DNA of 64,000 bases from Dehalococcoidia bacterium (GCA_963667465.2 CAXXDN010000002.1:960001-1024000), one strand, 5' to 3'; numbered from the stretch's first letter, positions 1 through 9,543 are shown. The notes: a model not told the origin generated them from the letters alone. Numbers and translations are program-made.

Positions 1-807
1 GATGGACTCGAGGCGGGCGCGCACGAGGCCGTGCGAGCGCTCGGGGTGGGTGAGGATGTAGAAGCGCGGGTTGAGGAGCGTGTCGAGCACTATCCCGGCG
101 ACCTCCTCCGGGGGCATGCGGCGCTGTTCGGCGTCCTGCTGATCGTCCGTCCTCGCGACGCGCGGCTCGCCGCGGCGGGCCATCGCCTCGCCCGTGCGGA
201 TCGCGCCCGGCAGCAGCGCCGAGACACGCAGCTCCGATCCGGCCTCTTTCAGATCGTGATGCAGCGACTCCGCGATCGAGAGCACGAGACGCTTCGTCAC
301 CGGGTACGGCCCGCTCGAGTCCCGCATCCGCAGCGACCCATTCGAGGACGTGATCACGATGTGGCCGCCCTCGGCGCCCGCGCGCTCCAGCCCGAGCATG
401 CGCGGCACGAAGGCGCGGATGCCGTTGAGCACGCCCCAGACGTTCGGCTTCAGGATCCAGTCCCAGTCCTCGATGGCCACTTCCCAGGTCGGGACGTGCG
501 CGGCGTTCACACCGGCGTTGAGGCAGACCACGTCGATCGCCCCGAACGCCGAGAGCGCGACGCGCGGCAGCCGGTCGATGTCCGCGAAGTCACTCACGTC
601 GACCGGGACGGCGACCGCCTGGACGCCCTGCGCGTGGAGGTTGCGCTCGGCCTCGGCCAGTCGCGGTGCGTCGATGTCGGAGATCACGACGCGCATGCCC
701 TCGCTGCCGAACCGCGCGGCCAACTCGTAGCCGATACCGCGCGCCGCGCCGGTGATGACCGCGACGCGGCCGGCGAAGCGTCCCGTCTCGTCCGCAGGCT
801 GCGTCAC
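1..807 (-). CDS. Short-chain dehydrogenase/reductase (SDR), 3' end runs off the window
   Basis: Not in the ORF track. Hand translation from GTG at 807 gives MTQPADETGRFAGRVAVITGAARGIG...DVVCLNAG...SSGPYPVTK: TGxxxGxG, NAG and YxxxK motifs. No stop seen before position 1. Confidence 0.9.
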   Translation of the reverse strand, partial: MTQPADETGRFAGRVAVITGAARGIGYELAARFGSEGMRVVISDIDAPRLAEAERNLHAQGVQAVAVPVDVSDFADIDRLPRVALSAFGAIDVVCLNAGVNAAHVPTWEVAIEDWDWILKPNVWGVLNGIRAFVPRMLGLERAGAEGGHIVITSSNGSLRMRDSSGPYPVTKRLVLSIAESLHHDLKEAGSELRVSALLPGAIRTGEAMARRGEPRVARTDDQQDAEQRRMPPEEVAGIVLDTLLNPRFYILTHPERSHGLVRARLESI

Positions 808-815
808 CGGCGCCT

Positions 816-1292
816 CTACTCCCCGGGCCCGCTGCCGAGCAGCTCGAAGAGCGTGCCCAGCTCCTCGCGCGCGTCGACGTAGAACATGCGGCCGCCGTTC
901 GCGCGGATCTGCGAGTGCGACGCCTCGTACCCCTGCTCGGCGAGTTGTTCCGCCGCGGCGCCGGCGTCGCCGACTTCGAACGCGAGGTGATGGAAGGTCG
1001 CGCCCCCGCCCTGCTCGTCGAGCACGTCCTTCCAGACGCTCGGCCCCCCGACCGGCTCGATCAGTTCGAGGGTGATGTTGTCCAGCTCGATCATCGCGAC
1101 CCTGAGGTTGACCTCCGGCGGGAGGGGTTTGCCCTGGTACTCGCGGGCCTCGCGCAGGGGAGGGGTATAGATCTCGGCCGGGTCCATGCCCAGCAGCTCT
1201 GAGTAGGTCGCGACCGCCGCCTCGATGTCCGGGACGACGAAGGCGACCTGCGTCATCACGCGGCTCCCGAGCGGCGCCTTTGCTTCACCCAT
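816..1292 (-). CDS. VOC/glyoxalase family protein (methylmalonyl-CoA epimerase-like)
   Basis: QVAFVVPDIEAA, LELIEP, FHHLAFEV, LFELL metal-ligand pattern; GAGGAGG RBS upstream. Confidence 0.85.
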   Translation of the reverse strand: MGEAKAPLGSRVMTQVAFVVPDIEAAVATYSELLGMDPAEIYTPPLREAREYQGKPLPPEVNLRVAMIELDNITLELIEPVGGPSVWKDVLDEQGGGATFHHLAFEVGDAGAAAEQLAEQGYEASHSQIRANGGRMFYVDAREELGTLFELLGSGPGE

Positions 1293-1379
1293 CGCGCTGC
1301 CTCCTCCAGCTCGTCACTCGTCGCGGGGCTACTCTACCCGGAACGCACGACTGAGAGCGGCGGTAGAGAGCGCAACTGG

Positions 1380-2870
1380 ATGAGCAACAACGAGACCGCA
1401 CCGCTCGCGCCGCTCGCGGCCAGCGAGGTTCCTCGCTGGGACCTCGCGGCCGACGTGGTCGTCGTCGGCCTCGGCGCGGCCGGCGCCTCCGCGGCGATCG
1501 AGGCTGCCGAGGCCGGGGCGGACGTGCTGCTGCTGGAGCGCGAGTTTGCCGGCGGCGGCACGAGCGCCCTCTCGGGCGGCTCTCTCTACCTCGGCGGAGG
1601 CACGGGGCTGCAGCGCGCCTGCGGCTTCGACGACACGCCCGAGGAGATGTACCGCTACCTGCGCGCCTCGGTGCAGCCCGGCCCTCCCGACGAGTGGCTG
1701 CGCGCCTACTGCGAGGGCAGCGTCGAGCTCTACGAGTGGCTCGTTGCCCGCGGCGTCCCGTTCAAAGCCGAGTTCCTGCCCCCGGAACGGGGCACCTACC
1801 CCTGGGGCTCGGAACACGGGCTGTCCTACACGGGCAGCGAGCTGGCCCACCCGTTCAGCGCCCTCGCGACACCCGCGCCCCGCGGCCACCACCCCCGGCA
1901 CCCCGGCGAGGGCGGCGGCCTGGTGCTGATGGAGGCACTGAGCGCCGCCGCCGTCGCCGCGGGCGCGCGCATCGAGACCGCCGCACGTTGTGAACGCCTG
2001 GTCGTGGACGGAGCGATCGAGGCGCCGCGTGTCGTCGGCCTCGAAGCGCGCATCGAGGGCGAGACTCGCTACGTGCGCGGGCGGCGTGGCGTAATCCTCT
2101 GCAGCGGCGGATTCGTGATGAACGAGGCGCTGCTGGAGCAGTACGCGCCCGAGCTGCTGCTGCTGCGCAACCGGCTCGGGACCGACGCGAGCGACGGTGT
2201 CGCGGTCCGCATGGGCCTCGGCCTGGGGGCCGCCCTCGATCGCATGGAGTGGGGCATGGTGAACCTGACGACGAGCCCGCCGCGGCGGCTGGTCAAGGGC
2301 GTGCTGGTCGATCGCGAGGGCCACCGCTTCGTGAACGAGGACCAGTACCGCGACCAGCTCGGCCCGACAGCCCTCTACGACCACGGCGGCGGCGTCTTCA
2401 TGATCGTCGACGACGAGACCTACCGCCGCCCGCTGCTGGCGCAGGCGGAGATCGTCGCCATCGGCGAGACGTACGAGCAGCTCGAACGCGAGCTGGGTCT
2501 GCCCGAGGGCAATCTCCAGCGCACGATGGCCTCCTACAACAAGCACGCCGCGTGCGGCGAGGATCCGGAGTTCGGCAAGGCGGCCGAGTGGCTCGAACCG
2601 CTGGACCGGCCGCCGTTCGCCGCGCTCGACTTCTCGATCACGGCCTCGGTCTGGTCGGGGTTCCCGATCGGCGGCGTGCGGACTGCGATGACGGGCGAGG
2701 TGCTGCGCGAGGATGGCGAGCCGGTCGCCGGGCTCTACGCCGCCGGGCGCGCCACGCCGGGGCTGCAAGGGCGCGGGTACAGCAGCGGGCTCTCGCTGGG
2801 CGACTGCACGTTCTTCGGCCGCTGGGCAGGCCGCGCCGCGGCTGCCGCAACGCCTGTCGAGGGGGCTTGA
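1380..2870 (+). CDS. FAD-dependent oxidoreductase, 3-ketosteroid dehydrogenase (delta4-5alpha/KstD)-like
   Basis: DVVVVGLGAAG FAD motif, GGTSALSGG, GHRFVNE, GLYAAGR, C-terminal GYSSGLSLGDCTFFGR. Confidence 0.8.
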   Translation: MSNNETAPLAPLAASEVPRWDLAADVVVVGLGAAGASAAIEAAEAGADVLLLEREFAGGGTSALSGGSLYLGGGTGLQRACGFDDTPEEMYRYLRASVQPGPPDEWLRAYCEGSVELYEWLVARGVPFKAEFLPPERGTYPWGSEHGLSYTGSELAHPFSALATPAPRGHHPRHPGEGGGLVLMEALSAAAVAAGARIETAARCERLVVDGAIEAPRVVGLEARIEGETRYVRGRRGVILCSGGFVMNEALLEQYAPELLLLRNRLGTDASDGVAVRMGLGLGAALDRMEWGMVNLTTSPPRRLVKGVLVDREGHRFVNEDQYRDQLGPTALYDHGGGVFMIVDDETYRRPLLAQAEIVAIGETYEQLERELGLPEGNLQRTMASYNKHAACGEDPEFGKAAEWLEPLDRPPFAALDFSITASVWSGFPIGGVRTAMTGEVLREDGEPVAGLYAAGRATPGLQGRGYSSGLSLGDCTFFGRWAGRAAAAATPVEGA

Positions 2871-2880
2871 GCGCCCCGCC

Positions 2881-3798
2881 TCAGGCGCGGCTCTCCGCCT
2901 GCGCCCAGCCCTCGTACATGCGCACCGCTACCTGGTTCGGAGCCTTCTCGCCGTGCAGCGCCTGTGAGAGCAGGAAGAGCTGCGAGACGAGGCCCGCGAG
3001 GGGCATCGGCACCCTGTGCTCCTTGCCACCGGCGACGGCGTTCGCCAGGTCCTTCACCAGCAGCTCGGTCGCCATCCCGCCGCGTGAGGAGAAGTCGCCG
3101 GCGAGGACGAACCGGGGGAAGCGGTTCTCGCTCGTCCAGCTGCGCCCGGAGCTGGCGTTGATCGCGCCCAGCACCTTAAGCGGGTCGAGCCCCGCCTTCG
3201 TCGCGACCGTCATCGCCTCCGACAGCGCGAGGTAGTTGGCCGCCGAGCAGAAGTTGTTGAGCGCCTTCGTCAGGTGCCCCGCACCCGGCTCGCCGAGGTG
3301 GAAGACCTGCGCCCCGATCGCCTCGAGGACCGGGAGGCACGCCTCGTAGGCCTCGATCGAGCCGCCGCACATGATGCCGAGCGTGCCCGCCTCGGCGCCC
3401 GGCACGCCGCCGCTCACGCCCGCATCGACCAGCTCGATGCCGGACTCGCGCAGGCGCTCCCCGATCGCGGCCGTCTGCGGCGGGTTGCCGCTCGTCAGGT
3501 CGACGACGATCGTGCCCGGCGAGGCGCCCTCGACGATGCCGCCCGGCCCGAAGCAGACCGCCTCGACCTCGTTCGAGGTCGGCAGCGAGAGGCAGATCGT
3601 CCGCGCCGCGCTTGCGACCGCGCCCGGCGAGTCCACCGGTTGCGCGCCCGCCTCGGTGAGTCGAGCGAGGGCGTCGGGCTCGATGTCGTGGGCGACGAGG
3701 CCGAAACCGGCGCCGAGCACGTTGCGCGCCATCGGCGCGCCGATGTTGCCGAGTCCGATGAAGCCAATCGTCTCTGCCATCGCGGCTGTCCCCGCCAT
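2881..3798 (-). CDS. NAD(P)-dependent beta-hydroxyacid dehydrogenase (3-hydroxyisobutyrate dehydrogenase family)
   Basis: IGFIGLGNIG, DAGVSGG, GTLGIMCGG, KALNN catalytic motif, KDL. Start may be ATG 3780. Confidence 0.88.
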   Translation of the reverse strand: MAGTAAMAETIGFIGLGNIGAPMARNVLGAGFGLVAHDIEPDALARLTEAGAQPVDSPGAVASAARTICLSLPTSNEVEAVCFGPGGIVEGASPGTIVVDLTSGNPPQTAAIGERLRESGIELVDAGVSGGVPGAEAGTLGIMCGGSIEAYEACLPVLEAIGAQVFHLGEPGAGHLTKALNNFCSAANYLALSEAMTVATKAGLDPLKVLGAINASSGRSWTSENRFPRFVLAGDFSSRGGMATELLVKDLANAVAGGKEHRVPMPLAGLVSQLFLLSQALHGEKAPNQVAVRMYEGWAQAESRA

Positions 3799-3826
3799 TG
3801 TGGCGCCTCCCCTCGCGAGCGAGTTG

Positions 3827-3911
3827 TGGTGCCGGGGGAGGGATTCGAACCCTCAAGCCCGAAGGCCGCGAGTTTTAAGCCCGCTGCGTCTGCCAGTTCC
3901 GCCACCCCGGC
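3827..3911 (-). tRNA. tRNA-Leu (anticodon TAA)
   Basis: Reverse complement GCCGGGGTGGCGGAACTGGCAGACGCAGCGGGCTTAAAACTCGCGGCCTTCGGGCTTGAGGGTTCGAATCCCTCCCCCGGCACCA: acceptor stem, D loop, CT-TAA-AA loop, long variable arm, GTTCGAAT, encoded CCA. Confidence 0.96.
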
Positions 3912-3998
3912 GTCCCGCGACGATACCAGCCAGCGCTATCGCCGGGCGCTCGGCGGGAGAGCAGGACGAACGGCCTCCGAATACGGGACAATGTCTGC

Positions 3999-4424
3999 AT
4001 GCAGACGATACGGCGGACGCTGGCGACCGTTGCCCCGCTCGGCCTCATGGCGCTCGTCGCGTCGCTCGCCCTCGTCGCCGCGTGCGAGGAAGAGGCGGAT
4101 GTTGCGCCCGCCCCGCCCCCGGCGGCCTCGCCGGCGGCGACGGCGGTCCCCATCCTCGATGGTCAAACGCTCTTCCGGCAGACCTGCGCGGTCTGCCACG
4201 GCATCGATCTGCAGGGCACCAACCAGGGCCCGCCGTTCCTCGATCGGCTCTACCACCCGAACCATCATTCCGACGCCGCGTTCCGGCTCGCCGTCCAGCG
4301 AGGCGTGATCGCGCACCACTGGCCGTTCGGCAACATGCCGAAGGTCGAGGGCCTGAGCGACGCGCAGGTCGAGGCGATCATCGCGTACGTCCGGGGCCAA
4401 CAGCAGCAGGCCGGCCTCTACTGA
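3999..4424 (+). CDS. Monoheme cytochrome c lipoprotein
   Basis: Signal peptide with LVAAC lipobox, CAVCH heme motif, GPP, distal Met in GNMP. Confidence 0.88.
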   Translation: MQTIRRTLATVAPLGLMALVASLALVAACEEEADVAPAPPPAASPAATAVPILDGQTLFRQTCAVCHGIDLQGTNQGPPFLDRLYHPNHHSDAAFRLAVQRGVIAHHWPFGNMPKVEGLSDAQVEAIIAYVRGQQQQAGLY

Positions 4425-4436
4425 CCGCGAGCCCGC

Positions 4437-4967
4437 TCAGCGTTCCATCAGGGCCGCGGCGATCTCCTGGACGCCCTGCTCCGTCAGCCGCCGGCCAAGC
4501 GTCGCCTGGAGCTCGAACGTGACGCCGTCCCGGCGCCAGCGCAGGTAGGCAAGATCGACGCCCGCGCCGGTCGGTCCGGCGAAGCCCTCGGCTGACAGCC
4601 CGCCCGCCGAGACGCGAAGCCAGTGGCTCCCGGTTGGAATCGCCCGGAACGCGACGACCGCGCGGGTGTGGCTGAGGGTGAAGGCGTGGCTCCCGTCGCG
4701 GCCGACAACGAAACTGACTCGCGGATGGCGTACGCCCTCCTCCGGGAGCGCGTCCTCCGAGAGGCCCGTCACCTCGAGGCCGGAATCGAAGGCGCACGGG
4801 CGCACCAGCGCGAAGTCGATCCGGCCCTCGATCGCGTCGAGCGCCTCGGCGGCGTCCGGCGACAGCGGCGGCTCGCTGCACGTCTTCTCGGAGGCGCAGG
4901 CGGCAGCCAGCGCCACGAAGGCGCACGTTGTGACGATGGCGAGGGCTAGTTTCGACGGAGACGGCAT
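4437..4967 (-). CDS. Hypothetical lipoprotein
   Basis: Hydrophobic N-terminus ending LAAAC; GC3-rich codons; TACCCT -10 box 7 nt upstream of ATG. Confidence 0.65.
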   Translation of the reverse strand: MPSPSKLALAIVTTCAFVALAAACASEKTCSEPPLSPDAAEALDAIEGRIDFALVRPCAFDSGLEVTGLSEDALPEEGVRHPRVSFVVGRDGSHAFTLSHTRAVVAFRAIPTGSHWLRVSAGGLSAEGFAGPTGAGVDLAYLRWRRDGVTFELQATLGRRLTEQGVQEIAAALMER

Positions 4968-5047
4968 CGCCTGCAGGGTAGCCGCGCCAAGTGATTGCCG
5001 TGGTGGCCGATCGGCACTTTCCTGCGGGAGTAGTACAGTTGTGGCTG

Positions 5048-5262
5048 ATGGAACTGTACCTCACCAACCACGCAATCTCCCGGATGCTCCTCCGCAACAT
5101 CAGCCGCGATGAGATTTCTGTCGCGCTCGCCACCCCCAGTGGATGCCTGCGACCACTCGCGGTACGCGCGACGATGCAATGGTCGGAAGCCGCCGCGTTG
5201 CCGTGGTGGTCGAAGAGGGAACGGACCCGCTCCGGGTCGTGACAGTGTTCGAGGCGCAATGA
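5048..5262 (+). pseudogene. DUF4258-like (BrnT/RelE-fold) putative toxin, frameshifted
   Basis: MELYLTNHAISRMLLRNISRDEISVALA (HAxxRMxxRxI motif) in one frame continues as HPQWMPATTRG...RRVAVVVEEGTDPLRVVTVFEAQ* in the -1 frame; that stop overlaps the next ATG (ATGA). Confidence 0.75.
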
Positions 5263-5513
5263 TGCTGATCGAGTATGACCCCGAGGCCGACGCACTCTAC
5301 ATCCGGCTGAGCCGGGTGGAATCACGGCACGGCGAAGTCAGCCACACGCGCGAACTCGATGAGCAGCGACGGGTGGACATCGGGGAGGCCGACGAGGTGA
5401 TTGGCGTCGAGATCCTCTGGGCCAGCCGGGGCTTCACGCTTGCCGGGCTCCCCCAGCAGCGCGCGATCGGTGAGGCGCTCAACTCCCTCGGGTCGCTCGC
5501 GAGCGTCTCGTAG
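5259..5513 (+). CDS. DUF2283-family protein (putative antitoxin)
   Basis: MLIEYDPEADALYIRL...VDIGEADEVIGVEIL is the characteristic DUF2283 pattern; sits directly after a DUF4258-like gene. Confidence 0.85.
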   Translation: MMLIEYDPEADALYIRLSRVESRHGEVSHTRELDEQRRVDIGEADEVIGVEILWASRGFTLAGLPQQRAIGEALNSLGSLASVS

Positions 5514-5638
5514 CGCCGACGCGCCAGACGCCACAACCTGACAGCTCGCCGGCCATACTCCCGTCGCGCGCAGCGCGCAGGCTCCGGTACCATGCGCGCG
5601 CGGCGGCGCAGGGCCGCCGCACCGGGCCGGGAGACACC

Positions 5639-6694
5639 ATGCACACCACGCCTTTCCGCAGGACGCGCCTCGACGCGCTGCTGCCGCGCGAGACACTGGT
5701 ACGAGACGTCGTGCTGATCGTCGCGGGGTCGGCGCTGCTCGCGCTCTGCGCACAGGTCACGATTCACCTGCCGATCGGGCCTGTCCCGATCACCGGCCAG
5801 ACCTTCGCCGTGCTGCTGCTCGGCGCGGTGCTCGGACCGCGGCTCGGGACCATGGCCGCCACGCTCTACGTCCTCGAGGGCATCGCGCACCTGCCCGTCT
5901 ACGCGAGCGGCGCGAGTGGGTGGGGTGCGATCACCGGCTCGTCCGGCGGCTACTTGCTCTCCTACCCCTTCGCCGCCTTCGCCGTCGGCTTTCTGGCCCG
6001 CCTCGGCTGGGACCGCCACCCGGTCACGCTCGCCCTCGCGATGCTGGTCGGCAACGTGATCATCTACGTCTTCGGCCTGCCCTGGCTCGCGAACTGGATG
6101 TACGTCAACGAGGCCACGCTCGGCATCGAGGCGAGCGCGGGACTCGTCATGCAGTGGGGCCTGACCCCGTTCATCCCCGGCGACCTCGCGAAGCTGCTGC
6201 TCGCCGCCTCGCTCGTCCCCGCCGGCTGGCTCGCGGTGCGCGCCTTCGAGTTCGGCCCGGAGCAGGCCCTGCGAGGCGAGAGCGCCCCCCGGACGCTGTA
6301 CCTGGGGCGCGCCGCCGTCGTAGCGGGCCTCGTGCTCGCGGCTGCCGCGTTCATGCCCTGGGCGTCTGGCGACATCGGGGTTGCTTCGGCTGCCGGACAG
6401 GTCACGTTCGCCGCAGGCCTCGCGGCGGCTCTCGGCGCGTGGCTGCTGCACCGCCGCGAGATCAGCGCACGGCTCGGTCACCTCTGGGTCTTCGCCGCGG
6501 CCGCCCTCGGCGGGCTGCTTGCGCTCGTGAACCTCGTCGACTTCACCGAGGCAGGCACGCTCGCGCTGGCCGATGTCTCCTTCGGCCTGCCGGTCGCGAT
6601 GGTCGCGGCGCTCGTGCTGCTCGCCTTCCTCGGCTCTGAGGCGTCGGCAACATTGATCGAGGCCGATGAGCGGAACGGCGACGCGGCCGCCTAG
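5639..6694 (+). CDS. bioY: BioY biotin transporter with extra C-terminal membrane domain
   Basis: PVPITGQTFAVLLLGAVLG, LPVY, SGGYLLSYP, PFIPGDLAK motifs in the first ~200 aa, followed by ~150 aa of further hydrophobic segments. Confidence 0.85.
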   Translation: MHTTPFRRTRLDALLPRETLVRDVVLIVAGSALLALCAQVTIHLPIGPVPITGQTFAVLLLGAVLGPRLGTMAATLYVLEGIAHLPVYASGASGWGAITGSSGGYLLSYPFAAFAVGFLARLGWDRHPVTLALAMLVGNVIIYVFGLPWLANWMYVNEATLGIEASAGLVMQWGLTPFIPGDLAKLLLAASLVPAGWLAVRAFEFGPEQALRGESAPRTLYLGRAAVVAGLVLAAAAFMPWASGDIGVASAAGQVTFAAGLAAALGAWLLHRREISARLGHLWVFAAAALGGLLALVNLVDFTEAGTLALADVSFGLPVAMVAALVLLAFLGSEASATLIEADERNGDAAA

Positions 6695-6724
6695 CGCCGG
6701 GAGGCGGGCCGGACGCGTGATCGC

Positions 6725-8161
6725 GTGACGCTGCCCACGGAGCTCTGGCAGGCCGGCGCGGCGCAGCTCGCCACGGCGATCCGCGGCCGCGAAGTCTCCG
6801 CACGCGAGGTCGTCGAGGCGCAACTCGCACGCATCGAGGCGGTCAACCCGCGCCTCAACGCCGTCACGGTCGTGCTCGCGGAGCAGGCGCTCACCGCCGC
6901 CGGACTCGCCGACGACGCGATCACGCGCGCCGAAGCGACCGGCCCGCTGCACGGGGTGCCCTGCACCATCAAGGAGAACATCGAGGTCGCCGGGTCCGCG
7001 ACGACGAACGGCGTCCCCGCCCTCGCCGAGGCGTATGCGGAGCGCGACGCTCCGGTGGTCGAGCGCCTGCGCGAGGCGGGCGCGATCGTGGTAGGCCGCA
7101 CCAACCTCCCGGACCTCGGCATGCGCTGGCACACCTCGAGCAGCCTGCGAGGCGTGACCCTCAACCCCTGGGACGCCGGACGGACGGCGGGCGGCTCCAG
7201 CGGCGGCGAGGCAGCCGCCCTCGCGGCGGGCATGACGCCGCTGGGCCTCGGCAATGACTACGGCGGCTCGCTGCGCTACCCCTCGCAGTGCTGTGGCACC
7301 GCCGCGCTCAAGCCGGGCTACGGCCGCGTCGCGATGACGCCACGCGAGGGCATGCCGGACCCCACCCCAACAGGCGACCTCTTCACCGCCACCGGTCCGA
7401 TGGCCCGCCACATCGCAGACTTGCGGCTCGCATTCGCCGTCCTCGCGGCGCCCGATCCGCGCGACCCGCGGCTCGCGCCCGCGCCGCTCGAGGCGCAGGG
7501 CAGTCAGAAGGGCGAGCTGCCCCGCGTCGCCGTCACCACCGATCCCGGAGGCCTCGGCGTTGACGAGCGGGTCGCCGGCGGCGTGCGCCGCGCCGCCGAG
7601 GCGCTCGCCGACGCCGGGTACCGCGTCGAGGAAGGCGAGCCGCCGCTGCTGCGCGAGGCCACCGAGGTATGGGGGCAGCTTGCCGACGCCGAGCTGCGCA
7701 GTGCCGGACAGGCCCTCATGGACCCACTGAGCGAGGAGGCTCGCCGCTTCATCGAGCTCACGACCTGGGCGGCGCCGGAGCCTTCGCTCGCCGGGTACCT
7801 CGAGGCGCACATGGAGCGCTTCCGCTGCGCGCGCGTTTGGTCAGAGTGGTTCGGCGGCGGGCGCCTGCTGCTCGGCCCGGTCACGACAGCGCAGGCATTC
7901 CCCGTTGGCCATGACATCGAGGACGGCGAACAGGCGCTGGGAGTGCGCCGGAGCATGCGACTCACGCTGGTCGCGAACCTGCTCGGGTTGCCCTCGGTGG
8001 CGCTGCCCGCCGGAGTTGACGGCGGACTGCCGCAGGGCGTGCAGATCATCGGCCCGCGCCATCGCGAGGTCCTCTGCCTGAACGCCGCGCAGGCGATCGA
8101 GGATCGTCTCGGCGTGATCACGCCGATCGAGCCTCGTGGCGCAGGGCTCGCCGGCGACTGA
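6725..8161 (+). CDS. Amidase signature family protein
   Basis: GPLHGVPCTIKE, GGSSGG, GNDYGGSLRYP (Ser-cisSer-Lys triad motifs). Confidence 0.92.
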   Translation: MTLPTELWQAGAAQLATAIRGREVSAREVVEAQLARIEAVNPRLNAVTVVLAEQALTAAGLADDAITRAEATGPLHGVPCTIKENIEVAGSATTNGVPALAEAYAERDAPVVERLREAGAIVVGRTNLPDLGMRWHTSSSLRGVTLNPWDAGRTAGGSSGGEAAALAAGMTPLGLGNDYGGSLRYPSQCCGTAALKPGYGRVAMTPREGMPDPTPTGDLFTATGPMARHIADLRLAFAVLAAPDPRDPRLAPAPLEAQGSQKGELPRVAVTTDPGGLGVDERVAGGVRRAAEALADAGYRVEEGEPPLLREATEVWGQLADAELRSAGQALMDPLSEEARRFIELTTWAAPEPSLAGYLEAHMERFRCARVWSEWFGGGRLLLGPVTTAQAFPVGHDIEDGEQALGVRRSMRLTLVANLLGLPSVALPAGVDGGLPQGVQIIGPRHREVLCLNAAQAIEDRLGVITPIEPRGAGLAGD

Positions 8162-8202
8162 TCCCGGCGTCCGGCCAGGCGCCCGCGCCTATACTGCCCT
8201 CG

Positions 8203-9534
8203 ATGACCGCACCCGCCGAGGCGCCGGCTGCCTCCGCCGACAGCACGAAGCGCTCCCGGCTCTATTTCGGCTGGTACATCGTCGCGGGCGCCTTCCTCGG
8301 CCAGATGTTGCAGGCCGGCCTCAGCGTCTACGCCGGCGGCGTCTTCCTCGTTCCCATGACCGAAGACCTCGGCTGGACGCGCACCGAGTTCACGCTCGCC
8401 CAGACCATCGGTCAGCTCGTCACCGGGACGATCGGGTTTTTCATCGGCGCCCACGTCGATCGCCGGGGCGCGCGCGGTGTGATGCTGATCGGCGGCACGC
8501 TGATCGCCGCCACGCTGTTCGCGATCGGTTACATCGAGGAGTGGTGGCAGTGGCTCGTGCTGCGCGGCCTGTTCTTCATGGGCGGCTCCGCGATGATCGG
8601 GAGCCTCGTCGTCAACGTCACGCTCTCCAAGTGGTTCGTAGACCTGCGAGGGCGCGCGATCGGCATCGCCGCGATCGGCTTCTCGATCGGTGGCATTCTG
8701 ATCGCGCCGCCGCTCACCGCCTTCGTCGATGCGTTCGGGTGGCGGGCCGGCTGGCAGGTGCTCGGCGTCCTTGTCATCGTGATCATCTTCCCGATCGCGC
8801 TGCTCTTCCGCCGCCAGCCGGAGGACTACGGGCTCAACCCGGACGGGCGCAGCACCGAGGATCTGCGCGGCGGCGCCGCCTTGAGGATCGAGGCCGATTA
8901 CCGCAACTCGTACACGCGCCGCGAGGCGCTGCGCACGCCCGCCCTCTACCTGATCACGTTCGCCTTCGGGATCGCGGTGATCGGCATCGGCGGTGTGATC
9001 CTCAACACCATCCCGTTCCTCACGGATCAGGACTACAGCCGCGCGACCGCCGCGCGGATCGTCGTCTTCCTCGGCTTCGCGAGCGGATTCTCGAAGGCAT
9101 TCTGGGGCTGGCTGACCGAGCGCTACGACTCCCGTTATGTCGCAGCATCGGGGTTCACGCTGTCCGGTTGCTCGATGGTGTTCGTGGTCTTCGCGGCGGC
9201 GTCAGGCAACGCACCGCTCGTCGCCCTCGCCTACCTGCTGTGGGGCACGGGCGTGGGTGCGCTGTTCCCCACGCAGGAGGTGATCTGGGCGCAGTACTTT
9301 GGCCGCCGCTACCTTGGCGAGGTGCGCAGCGTAGTGCTGCCGGTCTCGCTCTCGATGGGCGCCGCGGGGCCGCTGCTCACGGCGCTCTACTTCGACGCCG
9401 TCGGCGACTACAACGGCGTCTTCCTCTCGGTCGGCGTCACCTGGGTGCTGGCGGCGGTACTGGTCCTTGCCGTGCGCCGCCCCGGCCCGCCGCCGCGCAT
9501 CGCCGTCACCTCGGCGGCGACGACGCGGGATTGA
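8203..9534 (+). CDS. MFS transporter (monocarboxylate/oxalate:formate-like)
   Basis: About 12 hydrophobic segments, GAHVDRRGAR motif A, KWFVDLRGRAIG, FGWR. Confidence 0.9.
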   Translation: MTAPAEAPAASADSTKRSRLYFGWYIVAGAFLGQMLQAGLSVYAGGVFLVPMTEDLGWTRTEFTLAQTIGQLVTGTIGFFIGAHVDRRGARGVMLIGGTLIAATLFAIGYIEEWWQWLVLRGLFFMGGSAMIGSLVVNVTLSKWFVDLRGRAIGIAAIGFSIGGILIAPPLTAFVDAFGWRAGWQVLGVLVIVIIFPIALLFRRQPEDYGLNPDGRSTEDLRGGAALRIEADYRNSYTRREALRTPALYLITFAFGIAVIGIGGVILNTIPFLTDQDYSRATAARIVVFLGFASGFSKAFWGWLTERYDSRYVAASGFTLSGCSMVFVVFAAASGNAPLVALAYLLWGTGVGALFPTQEVIWAQYFGRRYLGEVRSVVLPVSLSMGAAGPLLTALYFDAVGDYNGVFLSVGVTWVLAAVLVLAVRRPGPPPRIAVTSAATTRD

Positions 9535-9543
9535 GGCGCGCCG

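Noticed and set aside
3827-3911. tRNA-Leu as an integration site for a genomic island
   Set aside because: No integrase and no duplicated tRNA 3' end seen within the window; downstream genes have host-like codon usage.
4991-5258. ORF-track calls 4991-5242 and the 5109 start of the DUF2283 gene
   Set aside because: Better explained by one frameshifted DUF4258-like gene from 5048 and a DUF2283 start at 5259.
6725-8161. Amidase as gatA partner of gatB
   Set aside because: Looks like a generic catabolic amidase, is on the opposite strand and is linked to bioY/MFS; no gatC nearby.
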